A stretch of DNA of 64,000 bases, from contig JAANOX010000161.1 in assembly GCA_020184695.1 (NCBI GenBank), positions 1 through 64,000 on the forward strand, in the 5' to 3' direction. Positions 42,061 to 53,309 of the stretch are shown here, piece by piece; within the stretch, counting starts at the first letter, position 1; the number at the start of each line of letters is the position of its first letter. The DNA is from Histomonas meleagridis 2922-C6/04-290x (Eukaryota; Protista; Parabasalia). The position numbers were made by a program, and so were the translations under genes. The notes beneath the pieces are model-generated. The model did not search any database. It saw nothing but the letters and a program-made list of their open reading frames with translations, and was not told the origin of the DNA.

Positions 42061-43468
42061 CTAAGGAATTGTGATATGAAAAATAGACATAAGTGTTGTG
42101 TCAAATAATTTAAATAATTTCCAAATATTATTTTGAAATCAAAAATTATTAAAATAAATTTTATCTTTAGCATTAATATCAATTCCTTCTTGTTCATGAA
42201 GTAATTTAACTATTTCTTTATAACCATATTCAGATGCAAACATAAGTGCTGTATTAAATAATTTAAATAATTTCCAAATATTATTTTAAAATATTAAATT
42301 ATTAAGATAAATTTTAAACAAAACAAATAAATATTTTTGGCATTAATATCAATTCCTTCTTGTTCAATAAGTAATTTAACGATTTCTGTATGACCTTCAT
42401 AAGATGCATTCATAAGTGCTGTATCAAATAATATAAATAATTTCCAAATATTATTTTGAAATATTCAATAATTAAAATAAATTTCAAATAAAACAAATAA
42501 ATATCTTTAGAATAAATATCAATTCCTTTTTGCTTTAAAATGTATGTAACAAGTTCAATATTTCCTGATAATGAAGCAAAAACTAAAATATTTCCTGGAA
42601 GTTGATTATTTTTATGGAAATATTTTACAAGAAAAATATTTCCAATTTTTGCTGCTTTATTAATGATATTTTTATTAATTTTCATTCCTTCTTTTTCTAA
42701 ATATGTAAAAATTTCATAATTAAAATATGAAACACATTTTTCTCCTAATTCTTTTAATTTGTTAATATCTTCAATTTTATTTTCATAAAGATATTTAAAG
42801 ATATCATTTCGATGAAATTCAATTGCTGTTTTATATGCACCTTCAAATGATGAATGATTTTGTTCACATAAATGAATAATTTCTTCATTTCCACCTGCAA
42901 CTGCATATTTACCTGTATTATTTACTTTTGCATTATTCATAAGTAAATATTTAAAACTTTTAATTAATCCAAAAAATGCTGCATAATCAATTAATGTAAC
43001 ATTTTCTTCATTAATGAATGAACATTTTTCTTTATTAACAAAATCACATCTTTCATAAATCGATGGTACAATTTTTTGACTAAAATCAAAATTATTTTGT
43101 GATGATATTTCTTGAAGTTTTTCGATTTCATCATTTCGAATTATTTTCGCAATTTCATTTGGATTATGTCCTTCTCTAATTAGTTTCTTATGTAATTCCC
43201 AATCATTCTTTGAAAGTTCTTCATAATTTACAAAATCATGTTCCCTTAAAATTACTAATTTATCTTTAGACATATAATGCGCAAAATAAGCGCTTTGGTT
43301 GTTTTTTACAATGATTGGTTCAAGAAAATTATGTTCAATCATAGCTTCAAGTAGATAAGATGATTCATTTGTATAATTATTGATAAGAAATCGACCAAAT
43401 ATATCAAATATATTGGATTTGATTTTATTACTCTCTTCAAATGTTCTTATTTCTTTTATAATATTCAA
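42061..43468 (-). other. 5'-truncated DUF3447-ankyrin gene (locus B) with interrupted ankyrin units
   Basis: No ATG before 43342. DUF3447 motifs, then units at 42422, 42252, 42099; spacers 80, 80, 63 nt; TAG at 42063-42061. Confidence 0.8.
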
Positions 43469-44748
43469 AAATAAATTTACTTTATTATTTTTAATTACAA
43501 ATTAATTACAATTAATTAGAAATTTTATTAATATCATATTCTGAAAAAGAAAAAGAATCAAAGATTTATGAATAATAAATAAAACATTATAATATATTTA
43601 AACCCACATATCTGTTGAAAGAATAATAATAAAATAATATTGGAGGGGAAAAAAGGGTGTACACCTTTTAGTATAAGGATATTTTTAATAAACTCAATGC
43701 AGATTTCCAACGATAGAATCAAATGAATGAAAAATCATCGGATTTATATTCAAAAACTGAAACAATAAACTGGGGAAGTTAAACCACAAATTCAAACATA
43801 TAACTAAAGATTTAAAAACACAAAAACTATTTTAAAATATATACTAAAAAATTAAACAAAATAGACAAAAATGCAAAAAATGATTAAGTGAATCACAGAT
43901 GTTTGAAATAAAGAGATAAATGAGATAGTAATGATTAAATGAGATATGAAACTATATGTGTATATTGAAAGCCTAAATGTGATTGATAAAATGATTGAAT
44001 TTCTATATGAATAAATTTGGTGTACTAAATCACAAATGGGAGAGACCAAATGATTTAATAAGCTGCACTAGAAGTTGAAATTAAAAACGAAAATGTCTAA
44101 AAAGTCTATAAAAGGGGTAAAGAGAACAGGTGTTGTTTCTTCAATATTTGTTGGTCAGAACAATTTTTTTATATCACATTTCCAAAAACCCCGGGGAATT
44201 CCCCTTTTTTTTACACAATTTTTTTGCTACTAAAATTGACAAGGTTTGTCTGTAGCAAAAAACGAATCCCCAAATGAAAATATCTTACTTTATAAATGAA
44301 ATAAAATAATAAAAGTGGGCTTATTATTATCACCAATTAATTGTTTTAAGCATATATTCTTATTGATTTATATATAAACATTTTTTCTCTAATTGTCCTA
44401 CAAACGAGTGAAAATGTGAAATTTTAGAAAATTTACTCTAAAAAGGTCTGAAAATTTCGAAAATTTACCGTCCCGAGTGAATGTTTTGTTTTTACTATAG
44501 CTCGGGATTAGTGTACATGAAAATGTTTCGCGTATCTATCGTTTTCCAAAATTTTTGTAGCGCTTAAAAAGAAAAAACATAACGATGTTTGCATATTATC
44601 TGTATATTGATTTTCTGGGATTCGTAAAAAATCAGTTTGTTCATCAAGTTTTTCCTTATCAAGATGAGTTGATTGAAATCCAAACTTTGATTGAGATCAA
44701 AATTTAAATTATTTACAAAACATTACTTTATTTATATAAAAACAATTT

Positions 44749-45984
44749 TCATTCTAAAGCAGCCGGTTTTTTCACTCCGTCGCATCTCCAATTTTTCATA
44801 TAAATCATAAACAAAAACGCAAAAATTAAAGAAATCACAACAGATAACGTATGAATTATTATTTTTCTTATGAACAGTTTCTTATCGAAGTCATCTATAT
44901 ATCCCGTTTCTACACATCCAATCTCCATGTCACTTTTCTCCGTAAATTTGGAGTCGCACTTTTTCTCAAACTGTGAATTTTGTACAACGATAAGGTTGTT
45001 TTCATGTGATATTTCATAAATTTTCTTGCTGCTAAAACAGCAGTTTCTAACAACAAGAGGATATCCACTTGTAACTGTAAGCGTATATGTTGCGGACATA
45101 CCACAATAAGCAAAAGCGCAATCAGTCATGTTGGAGCGTATATTATTAGTCTCAAACAGAAGGACAGCAGCAGTTGGCTTAATATTTGTATGATGTGAAC
45201 ATCTGTAGAATAAAGTGTTCTGACAAAGAAAGCTACTCAAGCTATAGACAACCATACACCCATTATGAACGCGTGCACTTGATTGATTAAAGATACAATT
45301 ATTGATATAAAAATTGGATAAATGAACCTCGCCACAACCAACGCATTCGGAAGCATATGGTTGAGTGAAGTTGTTGAAATTGAATATTGTGTATGAATCT
45401 TTTGTGGAAGAATCTTGAAAAACGCCAAAATAAACGGCTTTCGTATCGTAAAATGAGGTAAAATTAACGGTCATCTTTTGATTAAAAGTGGCACAATGAG
45501 TGATGCATCCTGCTTCATTCCCTGAAACATTAATGAAACAACAATGTTGAAGTCCAATGCTATTGGCTGAATAAATAGCTCCCCCATTATAACCTCTTAT
45601 GTCTTGAAATTTGGTATTTCGGATTATTGCATCACCAAGACAAGAAAGTGCAGCACCATTGGTCGAAGTAGATATGATTTTATAAAATGTGCATTTTTCA
45701 ACCTCAATGGTTGTGAACCAATTCATGAATTGCCGAGATAAAATTTGATATGATAGTATTTGAGATTCTGTGGTTATTACACGACTTAAAAAGGAAGAGA
45801 ATGTTGAGGAGTAGAAAGAAGCTTTGGAGCATGCTTGATTTGTTGAATAAAAAAATGTGGAAAAAAAGTTAACACATCGAAGATTATGAAATTTAAGGTT
45901 ATGTGTAACTTTGGATTGTGGTAGAGAAGTAAATGGATAATTATTCAAAGATGACAGAGATAATGATATAAGAGTAAGATTCAT
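44749..45984 (-). CDS. Single-pass surface protein with beta-helix-like (Pmp-like GGAI) ectodomain
   Basis: Signal-like MNLTLISLSL, GGAIYS/NGAAL repeats, Cys/Phe-rich, C-terminal TM. Confidence 0.6.
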   Translation of the reverse strand: MNLTLISLSLSSLNNYPFTSLPQSKVTHNLKFHNLRCVNFFSTFFYSTNQACSKASFYSSTFSSFLSRVITTESQILSYQILSRQFMNWFTTIEVEKCTFYKIISTSTNGAALSCLGDAIIRNTKFQDIRGYNGGAIYSANSIGLQHCCFINVSGNEAGCITHCATFNQKMTVNFTSFYDTKAVYFGVFQDSSTKDSYTIFNFNNFTQPYASECVGCGEVHLSNFYINNCIFNQSSARVHNGCMVVYSLSSFLCQNTLFYRCSHHTNIKPTAAVLLFETNNIRSNMTDCAFAYCGMSATYTLTVTSGYPLVVRNCCFSSKKIYEISHENNLIVVQNSQFEKKCDSKFTEKSDMEIGCVETGYIDDFDKKLFIRKIIIHTLSVVISLIFAFLFMIYMKNWRCDGVKKPAALE

Positions 45985-46341
45985 TTGTTTCTTTTGGAAA
46001 CTAATTTTGATAAGTTTATTTATACCACCCCAAGTTTGTAACGAAGCACACTCCAAAAACAATAGAGAAAATCATAAAACAACATAAGCACAAATAAATT
46101 TATATCCACATATTTAATCAGTGTAATTTTAAGAAAAAATTGCAAATTTCCAGAACTTACAAATTATATTATCCATATGTTTTCTCCAAGCTGATGATTT
46201 TAATTTTGATGTCAATGATATTTTATGGTTAATTATATTGATGAAGAATTTGCATATAGCATAGAAGATAAAGATTAAATACAAAACATTACCAAAAAAT
46301 GAAAATTTAACAATGTCTATCAATTGAAACGGCAGTTCAAA

Positions 46342-46869
46342 ATGAAGTTGTTTAGAAGAAATAAAGATAAAAAACAAGATATAGAAACAATAGAGACAAA
46401 ACCAAAAAGAGCAGTTCTTATTGGATTTGGTGCAACAGGAAAAACAACACTTTTTGAATTATTATGTGATAAATTTTCCGGAGAAAACAAATCAAACTAT
46501 TTCATTTTTGGCAATCAAAATACTATAGTTGATACTCCAGGAGGTGAAAGCTATGCCTCCTTAATTCCAATGTATACCCGTGATGCTGATTTAATTATTT
46601 GTGTGGTCAGCCCTGATGACAATCAACACATTAATTCTTTAAAATTCTTAGTTGATATTCAAAAAAGTTATTCAGTGAAATCATCTCAAATTATTATTCT
46701 TATGAATAAGTGTGATATAAAAGAAAAACTTTATTTTACATTAGATGACTTGAAGAAACAATGTAGTGAACTTTTAAGTGGTTTTGACTATAAAATATTT
46801 GAAGTATCTGCTCTTTCAAATACCAATATTGAACCCTTATTAGAAGAACTTCATCAAATTTTTAAATAA
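46342..46869 (+). CDS. Divergent small GTPase
   Basis: GFGATGKTT, DTPGGE, NKCD, VSA; no C-terminal Cys. Confidence 0.8.
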   Translation: MKLFRRNKDKKQDIETIETKPKRAVLIGFGATGKTTLFELLCDKFSGENKSNYFIFGNQNTIVDTPGGESYASLIPMYTRDADLIICVVSPDDNQHINSLKFLVDIQKSYSVKSSQIIILMNKCDIKEKLYFTLDDLKKQCSELLSGFDYKIFEVSALSNTNIEPLLEELHQIFK

Positions 46870-47048
46870 AGTTCTTTTAAAATCTTTCTCTTAAAAAACA
46901 TAAAAGAATGTTGTTGAGATATAATATTAACTAAAATCCTTCACGATGGGAAATCAATTTTATTTTTATGTTGGGCACCCCGTGGTAAAATTCTCAAAAA
47001 TATTTAATGGTTTACATTTATTCAAAAAAATTGAAAATTTTTTCCTTT

Positions 47049-47648
47049 TCAGTTGCAGCATGATTTTTTGGTGTTAATGGGTTGTGTTATATCCTGGGTA
47101 GATGTCTTTTCGACTGTCTTTGTGAAATCATATGCAAGTTTAGCAACTTGAATAAATGCATTTTCAACATTCTCTCCAGAAAACGCAGAAACATAGAAAA
47201 TGGAATTGAACTGATCTGAGAAACGTTCTTCAATTTCTTCTCTTGTCATAACCGCAGAATCTTCAAGATCAATTTTGTTTACCGCAAGAATTGCAGGTGG
47301 TACTTTTTCGCATGAATTGTTTAATAGATCCATCCATATTTTTAGGGATTCGAATGATTCCAGGTCGGTAATTGATGCTGTTACAAATGCAGCAGAAGCA
47401 GATCGAACGTAAAGAGGTGTAAGTGATTGAAACTGTTCTTGCCCTGATGTATCCCAAAGGTATAAATCCATTTCTGACTTTTCTATCTTGATTGTTTTTC
47501 GCTGATGATTAGCACCAATTGTTGGATTTATCAAGTTGGAAAACACACCAGTAGACCAACGTACAGCAAGAGAAGTTTTTCCTACGCCGGAATTCCCGAG
47601 GAGTACGACTTTGCAATTAAGCTTGGTGTTTTCGCCTGGACTGTCCAT
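47049..47648 (-). CDS. Rab-family GTPase
   Basis: GNSGVGKTS, PTIG, WDTSGQE, NKID, VSA, C-terminal CC. Confidence 0.92.
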   Translation of the reverse strand: MDSPGENTKLNCKVVLLGNSGVGKTSLAVRWSTGVFSNLINPTIGANHQRKTIKIEKSEMDLYLWDTSGQEQFQSLTPLYVRSASAAFVTASITDLESFESLKIWMDLLNNSCEKVPPAILAVNKIDLEDSAVMTREEIEERFSDQFNSIFYVSAFSGENVENAFIQVAKLAYDFTKTVEKTSTQDITQPINTKKSCCN

Positions 47649-48106
47649 TTCTGAACTTTTTCGGTTAGGGTTTTCAATGAACGGCGCGATAAATATGGTT
47701 TTGGGGCACCCCGCTTACTGTTCAACACCTTTCAAAAAAACTTTATCTAAATCAGGCAAACATGTTATATAAAAAATTTCGAATTGAATACTCAAAAAAT
47801 AAAAATAAAATCTCGAATAACAAAATTAAATCTGCAATAAAAGTAAAATGTATTTTATGAATAATTATCAAAATGGTGGACAATTTTTAAATATAATAAA
47901 TATATCTTTAACTTCTTGATGAATTTATAAAATGTCTCAACAAACATTTGTATACACCATAATATAGAATTTTTTTAAAAATATTTTACTCAATTTAAAT
48001 TAATTTAGGAATGCAATATCAATAGTTATATTGATAAATTATTCTCACAAGTTTTCATTTTCAATTCTTGCTTATGAATAATATTTTTTTTTAAGGAAAA
48101 ATTAAA

Positions 48107-48810
48107 CTAACACATTAACAAGATTATGAATGCATAATGCGTTTTCATCTCAATTTCGTATATTGCTAATGAGTGTGTAACTGATAGCGTACTTGTTAAC
48201 GTATAAGAAAATGATTTTGTTATCACATCAGAGAATGTATTCCATTGTGAAAATGTATTCGAATTGAAAAATGAGTGGGTTGGTATTGGGTTGCTTATTC
48301 CAGTTATGGATTGAATCATTACAAATAAATTTTGTGTCTGCAAATGTAAGATATGTTATTGCTGTACTAACATCATAAATAAAATGCACTTACACTAATA
48401 GTTGGCTCTGTATTTCTATAAAAATTGATATATATTTCAGATGTTGTAACAACTTCCAAATGCTGGATTTCCAATGAATTTAATTCAAAATTTTTGAGTG
48501 ACGATCTGCATAACATGTTATTGAAATAAGCAAAATCAGATGCTTCATTTATTTAAGATTTCACATTTAAAATCAAAAGATATCTTTTGATTAGCACTAT
48601 TCATACTTGAAATGGGTGTGAGCATAATGACTTAAACTCATTGTGATGCCACTATTTTCAAAATATCAGTAAACCTCAAATCCCATTTTTGATTATGTTG
48701 CTGTTGTCTGTTATACCTTATGCAGTTCAACATATTATAGATTTGCAATTACATCAGTTACAGCTCCAAACGATAAATATTTGATCGTTTCCCAATGAAT
48801 TCCATTCAAA
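48107..48810 (-). pseudogene. BspA-like LRR_5 gene relic
   Basis: Broken frames give FENSGIT, ASDFAYF, FIGNPAFGSCYNI*, YINFYRNTEPTISVSAF and an S/T-rich NPIPTHSF stalk, all paralleling 57635-59278. Confidence 0.7.
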
Positions 48811-48871
48811 AAGTCAAAACAATAGTTTACAAACAGTTCTATTTATTCATTTTACATTTACATCACCTGAT

Positions 48872-50206
48872 TCAGTCGATTTGATGGCACCAACCAGTGA
48901 TATTTACACAGTTCAAAAGGTAGCAGTTTCTACACCAGTTGTCATCGACCATATTTCTGAAGAATAAAACTAATGTAACCATATAAAGAACAGACATCAC
49001 CGGAAATGCCAAAAATGCGACAGCTCCATGGCAAAACCTTTGACATTTGCCGAAGTTTAAGTTGGGTAACATCATTAAAGCGAACAAAAATCCCATTACA
49101 AATCCTCCGACATGAGAAAAGTTATCAACGTAAGGTGTAATGCCAACAGCTAAGAGTATTATGATCGCTAAGATCATTCCAATGAGGGTCAAGACGGGCC
49201 TCTTAGTAGTTTTCCAAGATGCAATTAAATCTCCAAGTAACATGCCAACATATCCTAACATTGTACCTGTGGCTCCACATGAAACAGCAGATGAAACAAA
49301 GAGACATGAAGCAATATAGCCATAAGTACCAGAAATGAAAAATAGAATAAACGCTTTCCAAAATCCTGCGTCGCGTTCAATCTTACGTGTGAAAATAACA
49401 AGAATAACAGTGATAACAAAGGAAATTATACCATTTTGTACGAAAATAGCTGTGATAATTCGCCAAATGTCTCCTCCGATTACAAGTGGACCATACTTAG
49501 CACCCATTTGAATCATAGTACTTTCATCAGGACCAAACATAGGGTTGACTGACATGGATTTAAATCCACCACTTTGAAGAATTTCACATACAAATACTAA
49601 AAGCATAATAAGAGTTGTTCCAACGGTCCAGATAAGTGGTGTAGGTGCTTGGATGTGAATAAGTGTCGTTGGTTGAATGCCTCTTGTTGAGGAATTTGCT
49701 GAATGAACAGATCTTGATCGATTTTGACGGCTGCCATTAACTGATTGAGGGCGTATAGCACGAGAATTTCCTTGGCGATTGGGGTTTTGGCCCGAAACTG
49801 TTGTGCTTCTAACTCTTGGGTTTTGATGAGAATTTGGTGCAGCAAATGTAGTGCTTCTACTTCGTGAAGGGTTGCCTCCTCCTGATCTATTGCTATTTGC
49901 GTGTGTCTTTGGTGTATTTCTGAATGAAGACCTTTGTCTATTAGAATTTGGTTTTGAACCAGCATTAGTAAAGCGAACCGAAATTCCACTTGCAGCAGGT
50001 GTTGCTACGTTTTCATCCCACCAATTTGCGTTGTCGTTATCGTCTGATTGTTCAAATGGTGGTGGAGCGAAAGAAACAGTTCCGTGATTAGGTCTATTGT
50101 TTTTTGTTGATGATGAACTTGAGTTTGAACTTGAACTTGAGCTTGAACTTTCGCTTCCAGAGGAGTCGTAGCTATCTTCTTGATCAATCATATTTTTGTG
50201 ACTCAA
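48872..50206 (-). CDS. Rhomboid-family protein with long disordered N-terminus; catalytic Ser replaced by Thr
   Basis: MGAK...GDIWRIIT, CGATG, VDNFSHVGGF, multiple TMs, Cys-rich C-terminus. Confidence 0.85.
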   Translation of the reverse strand: MSHKNMIDQEDSYDSSGSESSSSSSSSNSSSSSTKNNRPNHGTVSFAPPPFEQSDDNDNANWWDENVATPAASGISVRFTNAGSKPNSNRQRSSFRNTPKTHANSNRSGGGNPSRSRSTTFAAPNSHQNPRVRSTTVSGQNPNRQGNSRAIRPQSVNGSRQNRSRSVHSANSSTRGIQPTTLIHIQAPTPLIWTVGTTLIMLLVFVCEILQSGGFKSMSVNPMFGPDESTMIQMGAKYGPLVIGGDIWRIITAIFVQNGIISFVITVILVIFTRKIERDAGFWKAFILFFISGTYGYIASCLFVSSAVSCGATGTMLGYVGMLLGDLIASWKTTKRPVLTLIGMILAIIILLAVGITPYVDNFSHVGGFVMGFLFALMMLPNLNFGKCQRFCHGAVAFLAFPVMSVLYMVTLVLFFRNMVDDNWCRNCYLLNCVNITGWCHQID

Positions 50207-50490
50207 GTTTTTCTGAGAATTATATATTCTTTGAATACACCGGAATTCAAATCCAGTTTTTTAAAAGAAAGACCGCTCGTTTTTCAATGGATAAAAGGTC
50301 TAAAAAGGCTTGCATGGAAAAGTGACGCCACCAATAAATTGGCAAGCTCAGACTATCGGAAAAAATTTGAGTTTTTGTGAAATATAAAGAAGAACTTCAT
50401 GAAACTGTTTTAAAGAGATGAACTTTATGATTATATAGATTTAATGAAAACTTTTGTAAAAAAATGATCATTATTTTTTAAAGGAGAGGA

Positions 50491-50913
50491 TTACAAGGTA
50501 AGTTTATTGCTAAAATGTACACAAACATAAAACACAACAAAAAACATGAAAATACCAAACAGTGGTGAAAATAAAAAAATAAATATCGCAATAACAATTA
50601 TAATCGAAAATAAAACACGCTCAAGTTTCATCATCTGTGTCGATCCTTTTCTTGATATTGGCGTTACTTGACTACTTTTTTGCGTTTTTTTCTTTTCAAT
50701 TGCTTCTTTTTTCTTTTTCTTGTGAGCCATATTTTTATGTTTTCTTTTGGTTTGAATGGGTGTTGGAGAAGAACTTGATGTTGATGATGAATATTGTCTA
50801 TAATCATTCATCATATTCATTTTTCTTGAAAATTTAAGGTTATTTGTGCTCACTTTCCTTGTGCCCTTTGTTGTCTGGTCAATTGAAAAAGGATCTTCCC
50901 AGAGTGACCTCAT
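50491..50913 (-). CDS. Small basic tail-anchored membrane protein
   Basis: Lys-rich region followed by a C-terminal hydrophobic hairpin. Confidence 0.55.
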   Translation of the reverse strand: MRSLWEDPFSIDQTTKGTRKVSTNNLKFSRKMNMMNDYRQYSSSTSSSSPTPIQTKRKHKNMAHKKKKKEAIEKKKTQKSSQVTPISRKGSTQMMKLERVLFSIIIVIAIFIFLFSPLFGIFMFFVVFYVCVHFSNKLTL

Positions 50914-51577
50914 TCCAATTATGCACGTTTATCAATTCATAGGGTACCCTAAACGCAAAAAGTCAACCATCGGCATGGGTGCCCTATCGTCATTGCCACT
51001 TTTGATAATTGGTTCTTTCAATTGAGGCCCCAAATAAATATTTGAAAGGATTACGAAAAATTTATTTAGCGAAGACAAAACCACACATTAACTTTCTCAA
51101 AATGAATCATCGTAAGTAAAAAATGAAATCAAAAACGGAAACACTTTTGTTGGTTGTGAAATGTTTACTATAATAACTATTTCGGAATCAGTTTATAATA
51201 AATCATACTTTAAATTTATATAAGGTGTTTCAATTTTGTGTAAGAATTCAATCTAATTTTCAGCAAAACATAGGAGCTGTTGTATACGGTTTTCATTTAG
51301 TTCTGTTTTATTTTTTAAGTTGTTTAAGAAAACTTATGATGATCATCAATATTTAACATTCCGTTTAAATAGTTTAAGACGAGATTTACCTCTTTGAAAA
51401 AGTTTATTTTTTTATTCAACTGTTGATTACGAAATCTATAGAATAAAAAAAGGCAATGAAATAAGGTTTTTGATAGTTATCTGATAGCTTGACAATTCAA
51501 ATTTTTGCTTCCAATTTTAAGTCAAAACAGATAGAAACTTCTTGGGCAAAACCCAATAATTTATCATAGCCCAAAAA

Positions 51578-53053
51578 ATGATTTTCCATTATTTAAGGAA
51601 TTACTTAATATTATTAATTATGTTTTCTTTAATATGTTCTACAAAATTAGTAAATGCAAAAGAATTGTATCCAAAAATAGAAACAATTGATCATGGATAC
51701 TGGAAACAAATAAGGATATGTTTGCCGCCTTTTAACTGGGCGATTCCAAATGGTATCAAGGAAAATCAGCTTTCACAATTTTGGATTCAACCAGAAAACA
51801 TGAGACATTTTTTAGACACCAATGTTTCTGATCATTGTGGTGTTGTACGTGTCGTACATAATGGAAGCGTCAAATTGCCATTACCTTCATATGAAAATGT
51901 TACTCATTACATAAATGATAAAGGCCCACCACAGCAAACCGATTCGCCAAACTACAAGACAATGGTTATATTAACAGGTCATTGGGGCTATTTCTTCCAA
52001 CATTTTTTCGATAACATTGGAACGCATTTTGGATTATTTACCTTTGCGTTTCCGGACATTAACTTTAACGAAGTAACGGCAGTTGTCGAATTATCATCTC
52101 GCTATCCAAATGTACCAAAGTTATGGGATCGATTTGGGTTCAAAGAAGTTTTATCTGCGAAACGAACATACACTGCCGAAACATTAATATATATTGAAAT
52201 ATGTCCGCGTGTACATCCGATGTTTTTTGATAAACTTCGGGAACATTTAAAGCTCGAGTTATCCACGCCGGAAGTAATAATTTTTCTCTGTCGAAAGCCA
52301 TCGAATTCGTATTATCATCAACGATTTATACAAAATCAAGAAGATGTAATTTCGACATTAAAATCTCTATACGGAGAGAATTTGGTTATTTATGATCACT
52401 CACAACATACTCTCGAAGAAACAATAAAACTTTTCGGGAAAGCAAAAGCAATTATTGGCGTTCATGGAGGTGCTTTTTATAATCAATTCTTCTCTCCGAA
52501 GGACACAACAATTGTGGAAATAATGCCAATCAAAAGTGACGGCCTTTATCCTGATCAATTATATAAGGAAAAAGTTCCCTCTTTCGCACACATGGCGATG
52601 TGGTCGAATTCAATTTTGATTGGACAAAAATTCTGGAGGTTCTATCAAATAGCAAATTCAATGAGTTTCAGTGTTGACATCGATAATTTCAAGCAATTTT
52701 TAATTGACATCCCAGAATTGAATGACTTCCTCACACAACAGTATAGAAAAGTTCAAATTGAAACAAAAGGCGATACCGACGGTTACGATATTGAAAATTT
52801 GAATGACGATATGGAAATTGAAAGTCTCCAAATCGGTTTTGAAGCCGAAAACCCAACACACGGTTATGATATTGAAAATACAAAAATGAATGAAAATGAA
52901 AGCGAAAAACAAAATTTGAAAACTTTGAAAGGAAATGTCCTCGTTTTGATTTGCATGTTTTCTTCGGCTATATTAGTTTTGTATATTGAATTTTTGAAAA
53001 GCCGAAATCATAACTTGTTCAGAAAGACAACTGATATAAAACACATAGTTTGA
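51578..53053 (+). CDS. Glycosyltransferase family 61 (DUF563)-like membrane protein
   Basis: WGYFFQHFF, ETIKLFGKAKAIIGVHGGAFYNQFF...TTIVEIMP; signal peptide and C-terminal TM. Confidence 0.75.
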   Translation: MIFHYLRNYLILLIMFSLICSTKLVNAKELYPKIETIDHGYWKQIRICLPPFNWAIPNGIKENQLSQFWIQPENMRHFLDTNVSDHCGVVRVVHNGSVKLPLPSYENVTHYINDKGPPQQTDSPNYKTMVILTGHWGYFFQHFFDNIGTHFGLFTFAFPDINFNEVTAVVELSSRYPNVPKLWDRFGFKEVLSAKRTYTAETLIYIEICPRVHPMFFDKLREHLKLELSTPEVIIFLCRKPSNSYYHQRFIQNQEDVISTLKSLYGENLVIYDHSQHTLEETIKLFGKAKAIIGVHGGAFYNQFFSPKDTTIVEIMPIKSDGLYPDQLYKEKVPSFAHMAMWSNSILIGQKFWRFYQIANSMSFSVDIDNFKQFLIDIPELNDFLTQQYRKVQIETKGDTDGYDIENLNDDMEIESLQIGFEAENPTHGYDIENTKMNENESEKQNLKTLKGNVLVLICMFSSAILVLYIEFLKSRNHNLFRKTTDIKHIV

Positions 53054-53309
53054 TACAATAAAAATAAAATTTCATTATATTTTTGATGTAAAAATTTGAA
53101 ATTAATGAAATTTCATCAAAAACAATTTCTCGATCACATTTAGTCAAAAATTATTTTGTTTCAATTTACACGCTTTTTGATACAACCTTTGCTAAATGTA
53201 TAAATACTTTGCATAACTTTGGTGTGTACAACCATTTTACTCAAAAGTTTTGAGTCAAAAGAATTAAAATTTTGGTAAATGAGGTGAACGTTTAGACAGA
53301 AAAGAGAAA

